DNA of 29,696 bases from Phreatobacteraceae bacterium (GCA_039808545.1 JBDHTH010000001.1:1-29696), one strand, 5' to 3'. Positions 1 through 10,352 are shown, counted from the first letter of the stretch. The notes: a model not told the origin generated them from the letters alone. Numbers and translations: made by a program.

Positions 1-459
1 ATCGATGCGCGCCACCACTATGTCGACGCCATGGCGCTCGACCTCGTGCGCCGGCCATGGGACTTCGACGTGCTGCCGATGGAGAACCTGTTCGGCGACA
101 TCCTCTCGGATCTCGGGGCGGGATTGATCGGCGGCATGGGCTACGCGCCGTCGGCCGATATCGGCGACAGGATCGGCATGTTCCAGCCGAGCCACGGCAC
201 CGCGCCGGACATCGCCGGCAAGGGCATCGCCAATCCGACCGCCATGATCCTCTCCGCCGCGATGATGCTCGACTGGCTGGGCGAGACACGCGGCAGCGAT
301 GCGGCGATCGACGCGGGGCGGGCGATCGACAAGGCGGTCGACCACGCCTTCGGCACGATCGGCCTCAAGGCGCATGACGTCGGCGGCAAGACCGGCACGA
401 TGGAGATCGGCACGGTCGTCGCCGACCTGATCCGCAGCGGAAAGGCCGATCCGCAATGA
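1..459 (+). CDS. Isocitrate/isopropylmalate/tartrate dehydrogenase family protein, 5'-truncated (C-terminal part)
   Basis: Frame is open from base 1 ([13 protein letters not shown]...). Motifs [10 protein letters not shown], GxAPSA and [17 protein letters not shown] are typical of beta-decarboxylating dehydrogenases. TGA at 457-459 overlaps the next ATG. Confidence 0.9.
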   Translation: MDARHHYVDAMALDLVRRPWDFDVLPMENLFGDILSDLGAGLIGGMGYAPSADIGDRIGMFQPSHGTAPDIAGKGIANPTAMILSAAMMLDWLGETRGSDAAIDAGRAIDKAVDHAFGTIGLKAHDVGGKTGTMEIGTVVADLIRSGKADPQ

Positions 460-1475
460 GCCTTTCGGTCGCGATCGCGGGATGCGGCTATTTCAGCCGT
501 TTCCACCAGGACGCCTGGCGCCGCATCGACGGCGTAGACGTTCTGGCCGTGGCGGATCGCGACCCGGAGAAGCGCGCGGCAGCGCTGGCTCTGTTCCCTG
601 AAGCGCGCGGCTTCGCGGATGCCGGGGAGATGATCCGCATCTGCCGGCCCGATCTGCTCGACATCGTCACGCCGCCCGCGACGCATCTCGATCTCGTGCG
701 TGTCGGCGCCGAAGCAGGTATGCGCATGGTCTGCCAGAAGCCGCTCGCGCCGACCTACGGGGAGGCGGTGGCTGTCGTCGAGGCAGCCGAGGCGGCGGAC
801 GCGATGCTCGCCGTGCACGAGAATTTCCGCTTCATGCCGTGGTTTATCGAGACCGGGCGGCTGATCGCGGCGGGCCGCATCGGCACGCCGCTCGCGATCT
901 CGTTTCGCCTCAGGCCCGGCGACGGGCAGGGCCCCGACGCCTATCTCGCGCGCCAGCCTTACTTCCAGAAGATGCCGCGTTTCCTGATCCACGAGACCGG
1001 CATCCACCTGATCGACGTCTTCCGCTGCCTGTTCGGCGAGATCACCGGCGTGTTCGCGCGGCTGAAACGCATCAACCCGGCGATTGCGGGCGAGGATGCC
1101 GGGCTCGTGATCTTCGACTTCGCGAACGGGGCGAGCGGGCTGTTCGACGGCAACCGGCATATCGATCACCCGGCGGCCGACACGCGCATGACCAACGGCG
1201 TGCTCCTCGCCGAGGGCACCGAGGGCGTGATCCGGCTGGACGGTTTCGGCAGGCTCTTCGTCCGCGCTCTTGGCGAGGCCGAGGCGGAGCACGCCTATGA
1301 CTGGTCCGACCGCGGCTATGGCGGCGACTGCGTGCATGCGCAGTGCCTCCACGTCGCGGATCACATCCGCAAGGGGACGCGGCTCGTCAACAGCGGACGC
1401 GACTACCTGCGCAATCTGAAAATCGAGGAGGCGATCTACCGCTCCGACGCGGAGGCCCGCTTCGTCGCAGTCTGA
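456..1475 (+). CDS. Gfo/Idh/MocA family oxidoreductase
   Basis: N-terminal Rossmann motif IAGCGYF, CQKP (variant of EKP), HENFRF and [12 protein letters not shown] overlap with the upstream gene. Confidence 0.9.
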   Translation: MSLSVAIAGCGYFSRFHQDAWRRIDGVDVLAVADRDPEKRAAALALFPEARGFADAGEMIRICRPDLLDIVTPPATHLDLVRVGAEAGMRMVCQKPLAPTYGEAVAVVEAAEAADAMLAVHENFRFMPWFIETGRLIAAGRIGTPLAISFRLRPGDGQGPDAYLARQPYFQKMPRFLIHETGIHLIDVFRCLFGEITGVFARLKRINPAIAGEDAGLVIFDFANGASGLFDGNRHIDHPAADTRMTNGVLLAEGTEGVIRLDGFGRLFVRALGEAEAEHAYDWSDRGYGGDCVHAQCLHVADHIRKGTRLVNSGRDYLRNLKIEEAIYRSDAEARFVAV

Positions 1476-1500
1476 AGCCAACAGAACCGAGCCAAGAGAA

Positions 1501-1516
1501 GGCGGCGCGAGCCGCC
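1501..1516 (+). other. GC hairpin with GNRA tetraloop just upstream of the dctP RBS
   Basis: GGCGGC-GCGA-GCCGCC. It could be an mRNA stabiliser or processing site; function is inferred. Confidence 0.35.
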
Positions 1517-1544
1517 CGGCCGCTACATGATCCGGGAGGACACC

Positions 1545-2558
1545 ATGACGAACCGTCGCACATTCCTGCAAGGCTCGGCCGCCGCCGGGCTCCTCGCAAC
1601 GGGTTTTCCGAATATCGCCCGGGCGCAAGGCGCGAAAACGCTGCGCTTCAGCCACACCGACACCTCGGTGGGCGCGGCGCAGCAGGCCTCGCTGATGTTC
1701 GCGGATCTGGTCGAGAAATACACCTCCGGCCGCTACAAGGTGCAGGTCTTCCATTCCGGCCAGCTCGCCAACGACGCCAAGTCGCTCGACCAGCTCCAGA
1801 TCGGCGGCCTCGATTTCGCGCTGACCGGCACCGTCACCTTCACGCCGCATGTGAAGGACCTGTCGCTCATCGCGCTGCCCTATCTCGCCGAGACATACGA
1901 GCAGGGCTGGAAGCTCTACGACACCTCCAAGTTCATCGCCCAGCAGGCGGCGCTCCTGCCCGCCAGGGGCATGCGCATCGTCGGCAACTGGGAGGCGGGG
2001 TTCCGCTCCTTCACCACCAACTTCGCCCTGAACACGCCGGCCGACGCCAAGGGCAAGAAGCTGCGGATCGCGCCCGTCGAGATGGTCCGCTGGATCATGG
2101 AATCGATCGGCTTCTCGCCGGTCGTGATGCCGGTCACCGAGGTCTATCTGGCGATCCAGCAGAACACCGTCTCGGGTCAGGAGAACCCGATCGACACGAT
2201 CTACTCGCAGCGCTTCTACGAGGTCGCGAAATTCGTCACGCTGTCGCAGCATGTCTACTCGCCGCGCTGGCTCGCCATGGCGGAGAGGAGCTTCAAGGCG
2301 CTCTCGGCGGCCGATCAGGAGGCCGTGACGAAGGCCGCGAAGGAAGCCGGCGACTGGAACCGCAAGGAGGTCAAGGCGAATGACGAGCGGCTCCTGGCCG
2401 AGATGACCTCGAAGGGCGCCACCGTCTCCAAGCCCGACCTCTCGGCCTGGCGCAAGGCGAGCGAAGGGGCCTACGAGCGCTCGCGCAAGGAGTTCGGCGC
2501 GCAATTGGTCGATCAGATGCTGGCCGAGGCCGAGGCCGTCCGCAAGGCTGCAAGCTGA
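1545..2558 (+). CDS. dctP: TRAP transporter substrate-binding protein (DctP family) with Tat signal peptide
   Basis: GGAGGA RBS before ATG 1545, preferred over ATG 1527. Twin-arginine signal MTNRRTFLQG...ARA. Motifs GFRSF, KGKKLR and GQENP. Confidence 0.93.
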   Translation: MTNRRTFLQGSAAAGLLATGFPNIARAQGAKTLRFSHTDTSVGAAQQASLMFADLVEKYTSGRYKVQVFHSGQLANDAKSLDQLQIGGLDFALTGTVTFTPHVKDLSLIALPYLAETYEQGWKLYDTSKFIAQQAALLPARGMRIVGNWEAGFRSFTTNFALNTPADAKGKKLRIAPVEMVRWIMESIGFSPVVMPVTEVYLAIQQNTVSGQENPIDTIYSQRFYEVAKFVTLSQHVYSPRWLAMAERSFKALSAADQEAVTKAAKEAGDWNRKEVKANDERLLAEMTSKGATVSKPDLSAWRKASEGAYERSRKEFGAQLVDQMLAEAEAVRKAAS

Positions 2559-2581
2559 GAGGCGGCGCAAAGGCCAGCGCG

Positions 2582-3100
2582 ATGTTCTTCCACCGACCCG
2601 CCACGCCGGAGCCGCGCTGGCTCCGGCTCCTCGGCGACGCGATCGACCTCGCCGTGGTCGTGCTCGCCGGGGTGCTCCTCCTGGTGATGCTCGCCAATGT
2701 CTCGGCGCGCGTCGCGCTCAACTCGGACATCGCCTGGAACACGGAATTCGGCGAGTTCGTGCTGCTCTGGGCGACGTTTTTGGGCGGGGCGGCGGCCGCA
2801 AGGCGCGGTGCGCATATGCGCATCACCGAGCTGATCGACAAGATGGGGCCGAGCCTGTCACGCGCCGTCGAGATCGCGACCCGCATCGGCACCGCGGCGG
2901 TCCTGGCCTGCCTCGTCTGGTACGGGACGACGATCGTGCAGAGCACGATGGAGCAGGAGATGACGGTGCTGCACTGGCCGATCGGCGTCCAATACCTCGC
3001 CATGCCGGTCGGCTCGGGCTTGGCGCTGATCTTCGTGCTGCACGAAATCTGGCTGCTGGCGCTGGGGCGCCCGGTCCCGCAGGAAGCCTTTACGGATTGA
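2582..3100 (+). CDS. dctQ: TRAP transporter small permease (DctQ)
   Basis: 172 aa with about 4 hydrophobic segments and a W..FLG.A...RRG.H.RI motif. Lies between dctP and dctM. Confidence 0.9.
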   Translation: MFFHRPATPEPRWLRLLGDAIDLAVVVLAGVLLLVMLANVSARVALNSDIAWNTEFGEFVLLWATFLGGAAAARRGAHMRITELIDKMGPSLSRAVEIATRIGTAAVLACLVWYGTTIVQSTMEQEMTVLHWPIGVQYLAMPVGSGLALIFVLHEIWLLALGRPVPQEAFTD

Positions 3101-3104
3101 CCCC

Positions 3105-4391
3105 ATGGTTCTCGCCGTCATCTGCCTGATCTTCTTCGGCCTCGCGCTGCTCGGCATGCCGCTCGTCTGGGCGCTGCTCCTGACGGCGTCGGCCACGATC
3201 TGGATCTTCGGGCAGAGCTATCCGCTCGAGGCCATCTTCCTCACCTATGTGTCGAGCGTCGAGCCGCTGCATCTCGCGGCCGTGCCGCTGTTCATCTTCA
3301 CCGGCGAGCTGATCACCCATGGCGGCGTCGGGCGGCGGCTGATCAGCTTCGCGCGCTCGCTGCTCTCCTTCATGCCGGGCGGGCTCGGCGTCGTCTCGGT
3401 AACAGCCTGCACGATGTTCGGCTCGGTCTCGGGCTCGGCCGTCGCCGATTCGGCGGCGATCGGATCGATCATGATCCCGCGCATGGCGGAGCGCGGCTAT
3501 CCGCGGCCGTTCGCCGGCGCGCTGATCGCGGTGGGCGGCACGATCGGCGTGCTGATGCCGCTCTCGGTGCCGCTGCTCGTCTATGGGTTCGTCGGCAATG
3601 TTTCGGTCAGGGAGCTGCTCGTCTCGGGCATATTCCCGGCCTTCACGCTCGCCTTTGCGCTCATCCTGCTGTGCATGTGGAAGGGCCGTTCGCTCGGCTG
3701 CGATCTCGGCGGGGAAATGCCGAGCCGGGCCGAGATCTGGAAGAGCTTCGTCGCGATCCTGCCCGCGGCCGGCATGCCGGTCGTCATTCTCGGCGGCATC
3801 CTCAGCGGCTTCTTCACGCCGACGGAAGCGGCCTCGGTCGCGGTCTTCTACGGGCTGATCCTGGCGGTCCTCGTCTACCGCGAGATCAGACCGGCCCAGG
3901 TGCCGGGGCTGCTGCTGTCCTCGTTCCGTACGAGCGCGGTCGTCATGCTCGTGGTCGGCGCGACGGGGGCGCTGTCCTGGCTGATCACCGCCGAGCAGAT
4001 CCCGGCCAATCTCGCGGCCGCGATCCTCGAGATCTCGGACAACAAATACGTCTTCTTCCTGCTCCTCAACGTCGCGCTGATCCTCGTCGGCATCTTCCTA
4101 GAGCCACTGCCCTCGCTCATCCTGACGGCGCCGCTCTTCATCCCGGCCGCCAAGGCGTTCGGCATCGATCCCGTCCATCTCGGGCTCGTGATGGTGTTCA
4201 ACCTGGTCATCGGCCTCTACACGCCGCCGGTCGGCGGCACGCTGTTCGTGGCGGCGCGGATCGCCCGCGTCGGCATGGTGGCGATCAGCCGGGAGCTGAT
4301 CCCGATGTTCATCATCGCGCTGCTGGTTCTTTTCCTCGTCACCTATGTCGAGGCGATCCCGATGGCGCTCGTCTGGTTCATGCGCGGATGA
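3105..4391 (+). CDS. dctM: TRAP transporter large permease (DctM)
   Basis: 428 aa, highly hydrophobic. Motifs FGSVSGSAVAD, GFFTPTEA, GIDPVHLG and GLYTPPVG. Confidence 0.95.
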   Translation: MVLAVICLIFFGLALLGMPLVWALLLTASATIWIFGQSYPLEAIFLTYVSSVEPLHLAAVPLFIFTGELITHGGVGRRLISFARSLLSFMPGGLGVVSVTACTMFGSVSGSAVADSAAIGSIMIPRMAERGYPRPFAGALIAVGGTIGVLMPLSVPLLVYGFVGNVSVRELLVSGIFPAFTLAFALILLCMWKGRSLGCDLGGEMPSRAEIWKSFVAILPAAGMPVVILGGILSGFFTPTEAASVAVFYGLILAVLVYREIRPAQVPGLLLSSFRTSAVVMLVVGATGALSWLITAEQIPANLAAAILEISDNKYVFFLLLNVALILVGIFLEPLPSLILTAPLFIPAAKAFGIDPVHLGLVMVFNLVIGLYTPPVGGTLFVAARIARVGMVAISRELIPMFIIALLVLFLVTYVEAIPMALVWFMRG

Positions 4392-5359
4392 AACAGCTCG
4401 ACATAGACGACGTATCGCTGGTCGGCAGCGGTCTCAGTAGGCCCGAATGCGTCCTGGCGACGAAGGCCGGCGACCTCTACACGGCCGACTGGCGCGGCGG
4501 CGTGGCGCATATCGCCCCCGACGGCAGCCAGCGGCTCTATGCCGGCGCCAGTGCCGATATCCCGGAAGGGCTCAGGCCCAACGGCATCGCGCTCGAGCCC
4601 GATGGCAGCTTCCTCGTCGCCAATCTCGGCAGCGAGATCGGCGGCGTGTGGCGCCTCGACCGCAGCGGCCAGCTCGCCCCCTATCTCGTCGAGATCGACG
4701 GCGCGCCGATCCCGCCATCCAACTACGTGGTGCGGGATTTCGCCGGCCGGCTGTGGCTGACGGTGTCGACGCGCATGAGCCCGCGCTCCCTCGACTATCG
4801 TCGCGGCGCGCGCAGCGGCTTCGTCGCCGTGATGGACGGGAAGGGCGCGCGCATCGTGGCGGACGGCCTCGGCTTCACCAACGAATGCCAGATCTCGCCG
4901 GACCGGCAATGGCTCTACGTCAACGAGACCTATGCCCGCCGTCTCAGCCGCTTCCCGTTGCGCGCCGATGCCAGCCTCGGCCCCGGGGAGACGGTCTGCG
5001 AGTTCGGGGCGGGCCAGTTTCCGGACGGTCTCGCCTTCGACGCGGAAGGGCAGGTCTGGATCGCCTCCGTCATTTCCAACCAGCTGCTGCGCGTGGATCC
5101 GGATGCCGGAATCATCGCGGTCATTCTCGCCGAAACCGATCCGGCGCATGTCGCCTGGGTCGAGGCGGCCTATGAGGCCGACGCGCTCGGGCGGCCGCAT
5201 ATGGACCGCAACCCCGCCGCGAAGCTACGCAACCTGTCGAGCATTGCCTTCGGCGGGCCCGATCTGAGGACGGCCTATCTCGGCGTGTTGCTCGGCGATG
5301 CCGTCGGCAGGCTCCGTCTTGACGTCGCCGGGGCGCCGCCGGTGCACTGGCGCTATTGA
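4388..5359 (+). CDS. SMP-30/gluconolactonase/LRE family beta-propeller protein
   Basis: ATG 4388 overlaps the dctM stop (ATGA). Motifs RPEC, PNGIAL, GFTNECQISPD, FPDGLAFDAEG and SSIAFGG. The ORF track's upstream extension to 3671 is a shadow of dctM. Confidence 0.88.
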   Translation: MKQLDIDDVSLVGSGLSRPECVLATKAGDLYTADWRGGVAHIAPDGSQRLYAGASADIPEGLRPNGIALEPDGSFLVANLGSEIGGVWRLDRSGQLAPYLVEIDGAPIPPSNYVVRDFAGRLWLTVSTRMSPRSLDYRRGARSGFVAVMDGKGARIVADGLGFTNECQISPDRQWLYVNETYARRLSRFPLRADASLGPGETVCEFGAGQFPDGLAFDAEGQVWIASVISNQLLRVDPDAGIIAVILAETDPAHVAWVEAAYEADALGRPHMDRNPAAKLRNLSSIAFGGPDLRTAYLGVLLGDAVGRLRLDVAGAPPVHWRY

Positions 5360-5519
5360 GGATGTCGGCGGCTGCTTGGCCTCATCGGAAGATAGCCTAC
5401 AGCCTAGAACCGGATCTCCGCCAAGGACGTCCTGAGATCCAGGCTGGAAGAACAGGTCGCGTGAAGCCCAAACGAAACTTAGGCCCGCCGCCAACCGGGA
5501 GATCAGGCTCTCACGTCAG

Positions 5520-5930
5520 TCAGCTCCTCAGCCTTGCGACCGGCGTGCCATATCCGATGAGGGTGCCGGGTTCCGCGAGCACCGCCTCGACGATGCCGTC
5601 GGCCGGTGCGGTCACGGGTACGTAAAGCGGCCCGACCTGCACGAGACCGACGATATCGCTCTTCGCGACCGCCTGGCCAACCGTCGCGAGCGGCTCCGAG
5701 CGCCAGGGATGGGCGGACAGAAATCTTCCCGCGATGCTCGCTCGGGCGAGGATCGCGGTCTCCTGCGCCGCGCCGGCCGGCAGCGGCTTCGGCAGGTCGG
5801 CTTTCGGCGCGGCGGCGGGCTCGACGACGAGCGTCAGGGCGCCGTCCGCGCCATCGATCTCGACGCGGCCGATGCCGCGCCGTTCCATGGCGACCGCGAG
5901 GGCGTCGATGTCCGCGACGGTGAATGCCAT
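5520..5930 (-). CDS. Biotin/lipoyl-attachment-domain (BCCP-like) protein lacking the biotinyl-lysine motif
   Basis: ATG at 5930, 2 nt after the upstream stop; 136 aa. BCCP-like layout: N-terminal helix, Ala/Pro linker, C-terminal G..V...V.AP.DG.V....G..V.YG.P.ARL. QVGPL replaces EAMKx. Confidence 0.82.
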   Translation of the reverse strand: MAFTVADIDALAVAMERRGIGRVEIDGADGALTLVVEPAAAPKADLPKPLPAGAAQETAILARASIAGRFLSAHPWRSEPLATVGQAVAKSDIVGLVQVGPLYVPVTAPADGIVEAVLAEPGTLIGYGTPVARLRS

Positions 5931-5932
5931 GC

Positions 5933-6904
5933 TCAATACTCCCGATAGCGTGCGATGGTGGCCGCGAGACGGCCCATATAGGCCTCGACCGCGTCGCGGG
6001 CCGCGAGCGCCTCGTCGTAGGAGGCTTCCGCGAAGCGCAGCGAGCTGCCGAGCCGGGCCTGGCCGAGGCGCCAGAGATCGGCCTCGATGACGGTGCCGAT
6101 CTTCGGATAGCCGCCGGAAGTCTGCGCGTCCCGCACCTGGATGATCGGCTGGCCGCTCGGCGGGATCTGGATCACGCCGGGCACGATGCCGTGCGAGCGT
6201 TTCTCGATCGGCTCCCGCGGCAGGACGGGCGAGCCTTCGAGGCGATAGCCATAGCGATTGCTCTGCGGCGTCACCTTCCAGGCGGTGCTCCAGAACAGCG
6301 AGCGGGCCGCCATGTCGAAGGCATGATACTCGCCGGCCGCGACGACCCGCAGGACCGTTGCCTCGGCCCGGTCCAAAGGCCGGGCCAGTGCGAATTCGGG
6401 CGGCTCGATGCCGAAATCCAGCAGGATCGCCCGCGCCGGCGGCGCGCCGACCGGCAGCCTGTCTCCAGCCCGAAGGACACGACCCTCCAGCCCGCCGAAC
6501 TCCCCGCGAAGCTGGGTGCTGCGCGAGCCGAGAACGGGCGGCACGTCGATGCCGCCGGCGACCGTCAGATAGACGAGCGCCCCGCGCGTGATCCGCCGCA
6601 CCGTGAGGACATCGCCCGTGCGCGCCGTTACGCGCCACCAGGGCAGCAACGGACGATCGCCGAGCAACGCCTCGGCGTCGCCGCCCGTCAACGCGAACTG
6701 CGTTTCGGCGAGAAAACGAAGGCGCAGCGGCGCGATCGCGATCTCGATGCCGGCCGCATCCTCCGAATTGCCGTTCAGGAGATTGCCGGCGCGCAGCGCG
6801 ACGTCGTCCATCGCACCCGCCGTCCCGACCCCGAAGCGGTACTGGCCGAGGCGGCCGAGGTCCTGCACGGTGGTCGGCCCCGATACGGCCAGCAGTTCGA
6901 TCAC
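5933..6904 (-). CDS. pxpC: PxpC-like / urea carboxylase CT (A/B) domain protein (biotin-dependent carboxyltransferase family)
   Basis: GTG start at 6904 overlaps the pxpB stop (GTGA). Motifs TTVQDLGR, GAMD, VLGSRST, SNRYGYRL and DAQTSGGYPK. Confidence 0.88.
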   Translation of the reverse strand: MIELLAVSGPTTVQDLGRLGQYRFGVGTAGAMDDVALRAGNLLNGNSEDAAGIEIAIAPLRLRFLAETQFALTGGDAEALLGDRPLLPWWRVTARTGDVLTVRRITRGALVYLTVAGGIDVPPVLGSRSTQLRGEFGGLEGRVLRAGDRLPVGAPPARAILLDFGIEPPEFALARPLDRAEATVLRVVAAGEYHAFDMAARSLFWSTAWKVTPQSNRYGYRLEGSPVLPREPIEKRSHGIVPGVIQIPPSGQPIIQVRDAQTSGGYPKIGTVIEADLWRLGQARLGSSLRFAEASYDEALAARDAVEAYMGRLAATIARYREY

Positions 6905-7557
6905 CGCACGACCCTTTCGACCGCGAAGCGGATCCGGTCGCCGGGCGCGAGCGCGGCCGGGATCGGTCGGTCGACGTCGAAGAAGCACCAGTCCGTATGC
7001 CCGATCGTGTGCCAGCCGCTCGGGCCCGGCGAGGCCGAAACGCCGGTCTGTGCGCCGCCGATCGATACGGCGCCGGCCGGAATGCGTTGCAGCGGCACCT
7101 TGCGACGCGGCACCGCGAGGCGCGGATCCATGCCGCCGAGATAGCAGTAGCCCGGATGGCTGCCGAGCGCGAAGACCGTGTAGAGCGGCGCGCTGTGCAG
7201 GCTGACGACATCGTCGACCGACAGGCCGCAATGCGCCGAGACATCGGCCAGCGAATTGCCCACCTCGCCGCCATAGGTCACCGGCAGCGCGACCTCGCGG
7301 CCCTCCAGAGGGGAGGCTTGCGCCGCGTGCCATGCCTCTTCGAGGAGTGCGAGGAAACGGTCGATGGCGCGTGGCGGGCGCGCGAAGAGAACCAGCAGGT
7401 TCGTCATCCCCGGCACCGCTTCGCTAACCCCCTCCCATGTCGCGATGCGGCGCGCCAGCGCCCAGATGCGCTGCTGCTGCGCGAGGTCGAAAGCGCCCGG
7501 CGCTTCGAAGAGGACCGCGGTCGTGGCGAGGAGGCTGATATGCGGGCGCTCCGCCAT
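6901..7557 (-). CDS. pxpB: PxpB-like / urea carboxylase CT (C/D) domain protein
   Basis: ATG at 7557, 1 nt after the accC stop. Motifs EAVPG, LPVTYGG, G..PGY.YLGG, PRR..P...IPAGAVSIGG.QTG and SPGPSGW..IG. Confidence 0.88.
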   Translation of the reverse strand: MAERPHISLLATTAVLFEAPGAFDLAQQQRIWALARRIATWEGVSEAVPGMTNLLVLFARPPRAIDRFLALLEEAWHAAQASPLEGREVALPVTYGGEVGNSLADVSAHCGLSVDDVVSLHSAPLYTVFALGSHPGYCYLGGMDPRLAVPRRKVPLQRIPAGAVSIGGAQTGVSASPGPSGWHTIGHTDWCFFDVDRPIPAALAPGDRIRFAVERVVR

Positions 7558-7558
7558 C

Positions 7559-8911
7559 TCAGGCGGCGTCCCGGCGTGCCAGCCATTGTCCGAGATGGTG
7601 GATTGCATAACCGCCTTCGCGGAACGCATCGTCCTCCAGGATGGCGCGATGGAGGGGGAGGTTGGTCTCCACCCCCTCCACGCGCATCTCGGAGAGCGCG
7701 ACGCGGGCGCGGGCGAGCGCTTCCGCGCGCGTTTCGCCATGCACGATCAGCTTGCCGATCAGCGAGTCGTAATAGGGCGGAACGGTGCCGCCCGCCGCCA
7801 TGTGGGAATCGACCCGGATGCCGATGCCGCCCGGAACGTCCCAGCGCGTCACGGTTCCGGGCGAGGGCGCGAAGCTCCAGGGATTCTCGGCGTTGATCCT
7901 GAATTCGAGCGCATGGCCCCGGCCCGCGATATCGGCCTGGGCGATGGGAAGCGGCTCGCCGCGCGCGATCCGGATCTGCTCCCCGACGATGTCGATGCCG
8001 CTCGTCGCCTCGGTGACGGGGTGCTCGACCTGCACGCGGGTGTTCATCTCGATGAAGAAGAACGCGCCGTCCTGGAACAGGAACTCGAACGTGCCCGCGC
8101 CGCGATAGCCGAGCCGCCGGCAGGCCTCGGCGCAGCGCGCGCCGACCGCCGCGACGAGCGCCCGATCGATGCCGGGCGCCGGCGCCTCCTCGACGACCTT
8201 CTGGTTGCGCCGCTGCAGCGAGCAGTCGCGATCGCCGATCCAGAGATGGTTGTCGTGATCGTCGGACAGCACCTGGATCTCGATATGGCGGGGCCGTTCC
8301 AGGAACTTCTCGATATAGATGGCGGGATTCTTGAAGGCGGCGCGCGCCTCCGCGCGGGTGACGTCGAGCGCCTCGGTCAGCTCTTCCGGCGCGCGGACGA
8401 TGCGCATGCCGCGTCCGCCGCCGCCGCCCGCCGCCTTCACGATGACCGGATAGCCGATCTCGCGCGCGATCCCCGCGATCGCGGCCGGATCCTCCGGCAG
8501 ATCCTCGTCCGGTCCCGGCACGCAGGGCACGCCGGCCTCGCGCATGGCGCGCTTGGCCGCGACCTTGTCGCCCATTGTTCTGATGCACTCTGCCGGCGGC
8601 CCGATGAAGACGCGCCCGGCCGCTTCGACCGCCGCCGCGAAATCGGCGTTCTCCGAGAGAAAACCATAGCCGGGATGGATCGCGCCGGCGCCGGTCGCCT
8701 CCGCCGCCAGCAGGATCGCCGAGGCGTTGAGATAGCTGCGGCCGGCCGCGGGGGGGCCGATGCAGACGGCCTCGTCGGCGGAAGCGACATAGGAGGCGTC
8801 GCGGTCCGCCTCCGAATGGGCGACGACCGTCTTCAGTCCGAGAGCGCGGCAGGCACGCTGGATCCGCAGGGCGATTTCGCCGCGATTGGCGATCAGGACC
8901 TTGTCGAACAT
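7559..8911 (-). CDS. accC: Biotin carboxylase (ATP-grasp)
   Basis: [14 protein letters not shown] start, [47 protein letters not shown] and [12 protein letters not shown]. Context suggests a paralogue dedicated to this cluster rather than the fatty-acid ACC. Confidence 0.95.
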   Translation of the reverse strand: MFDKVLIANRGEIALRIQRACRALGLKTVVAHSEADRDASYVASADEAVCIGPPAAGRSYLNASAILLAAEATGAGAIHPGYGFLSENADFAAAVEAAGRVFIGPPAECIRTMGDKVAAKRAMREAGVPCVPGPDEDLPEDPAAIAGIAREIGYPVIVKAAGGGGGRGMRIVRAPEELTEALDVTRAEARAAFKNPAIYIEKFLERPRHIEIQVLSDDHDNHLWIGDRDCSLQRRNQKVVEEAPAPGIDRALVAAVGARCAEACRRLGYRGAGTFEFLFQDGAFFFIEMNTRVQVEHPVTEATSGIDIVGEQIRIARGEPLPIAQADIAGRGHALEFRINAENPWSFAPSPGTVTRWDVPGGIGIRVDSHMAAGGTVPPYYDSLIGKLIVHGETRAEALARARVALSEMRVEGVETNLPLHRAILEDDAFREGGYAIHHLGQWLARRDAA

Positions 8912-8945
8912 CGACGCCCTCCGCTGCGCCTCCGCCGGCCGGCAG

Positions 8946-9398
8946 TCACGCCGCCGCCGCATCGAGGCCGATGCGGAGCAGCGGTTGCCCGGCTTCGACC
9001 TCGGAGGCGTTCTCGGCAAGGATTGCCAGCACCGTTCCGGCGGCCTCGGCCTCGATCCGGATGAAGGTCTTCATCGCTTCGACCACGCAGACCGCCTGCC
9101 CGGCCTCGACCCGCGCGCCGAGCTCCGTGAAGGGCGGCGCGCCGGGCGCCGGCGCGCGATGAAAGACGCCGTAGGTCGGGGCGCAGATCTCGATCTCCGC
9201 GGCGGCGCTCGCGGCGGCTGGCGCCGAGGTTGCCGGAGGCGCGGCGCGCTCGGCCGGCGGGGACGCGACTTCCGCGACGGCTGCGCCGGGCTGGCCCTTC
9301 ACTATGCGAATGCGCGTGCCGTTCTCGGTGATCTCCAGCTCGGCGATCCGCGACCGGGCCACGAGATCGAGCAGCTCTTCGATGCGCGTGAGATCCAC
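8946..9398 (-). CDS. accB: Biotin carboxyl carrier protein
   Basis: GTG start, Ala/Pro linker and EAMKT biotinylation motif (Lys codon at 9069-9071). Confidence 0.93.
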   Translation of the reverse strand: MDLTRIEELLDLVARSRIAELEITENGTRIRIVKGQPGAAVAEVASPPAERAAPPATSAPAAASAAAEIEICAPTYGVFHRAPAPGAPPFTELGARVEAGQAVCVVEAMKTFIRIEAEAAGTVLAILAENASEVEAGQPLLRIGLDAAAA

Positions 9399-9431
9399 GT
9401 CGCAGGCCCTTTCTTTTCCGCCGCGATGCCC

Positions 9432-10190
<759 letters not shown>

Positions 10191-10309
10191 GCGAGGCTTC
10201 CCTGAAAAGCGCGTCCCGGCGGACGTCGCATGGGGCGCGTTGTCGTCGCGCGACTTCAACGTATAGGCTTCGGCGGGGCTCGGGCGCTAAGAACAAATTA
10301 TTGTTGCCG

Positions 10310-10326
10310 CATAGGCGCCGCGTATA
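10310..10326 (+). promoter_or_regulatory. LysR-type box (ATA-N9-TAT, Nac-like) between the divergent SDR and LysR genes
   Basis: CATAGGCGCCGCGTATA contains ATA-N9-TAT and the T-N11-A core. It lies just upstream of the lysR start, as expected for an autoregulatory site. Confidence 0.6.
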
Positions 10327-10352
10327 GCCGGGGACCGGACGGAACAGCGCAC

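Noticed and set aside
141-2570. 809-aa minus-strand ORF
   Set aside because: It is antisense to three well-supported genes and has no recognisable motifs. Long shadow ORFs are expected with high-GC codon bias.
5931-7274. Apparent 584-aa protein (5520-7274) ending in a BCCP domain
   Set aside because: The upstream part is an off-frame overlap of pxpC/pxpB. The real start is ATG 5930, right after the pxpC stop.
7364-9064. 566-aa plus-strand ORF, plus similar long ORFs at 12570-14564, 15048-16550, 17353-19347, 19338-20516, 23180-24424 and 27569-28555
   Set aside because: All are antisense or off-frame shadows of clear genes, with Arg/Ala/Gly-rich or mirror-codon composition and no RBS or domain evidence.
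10230-10352. ATG 10230 as the start of LysR copy 1
   Set aside because: It would add 41 non-homologous residues across the divergent promoter. GTG 10353 aligns with the start of copy 2.
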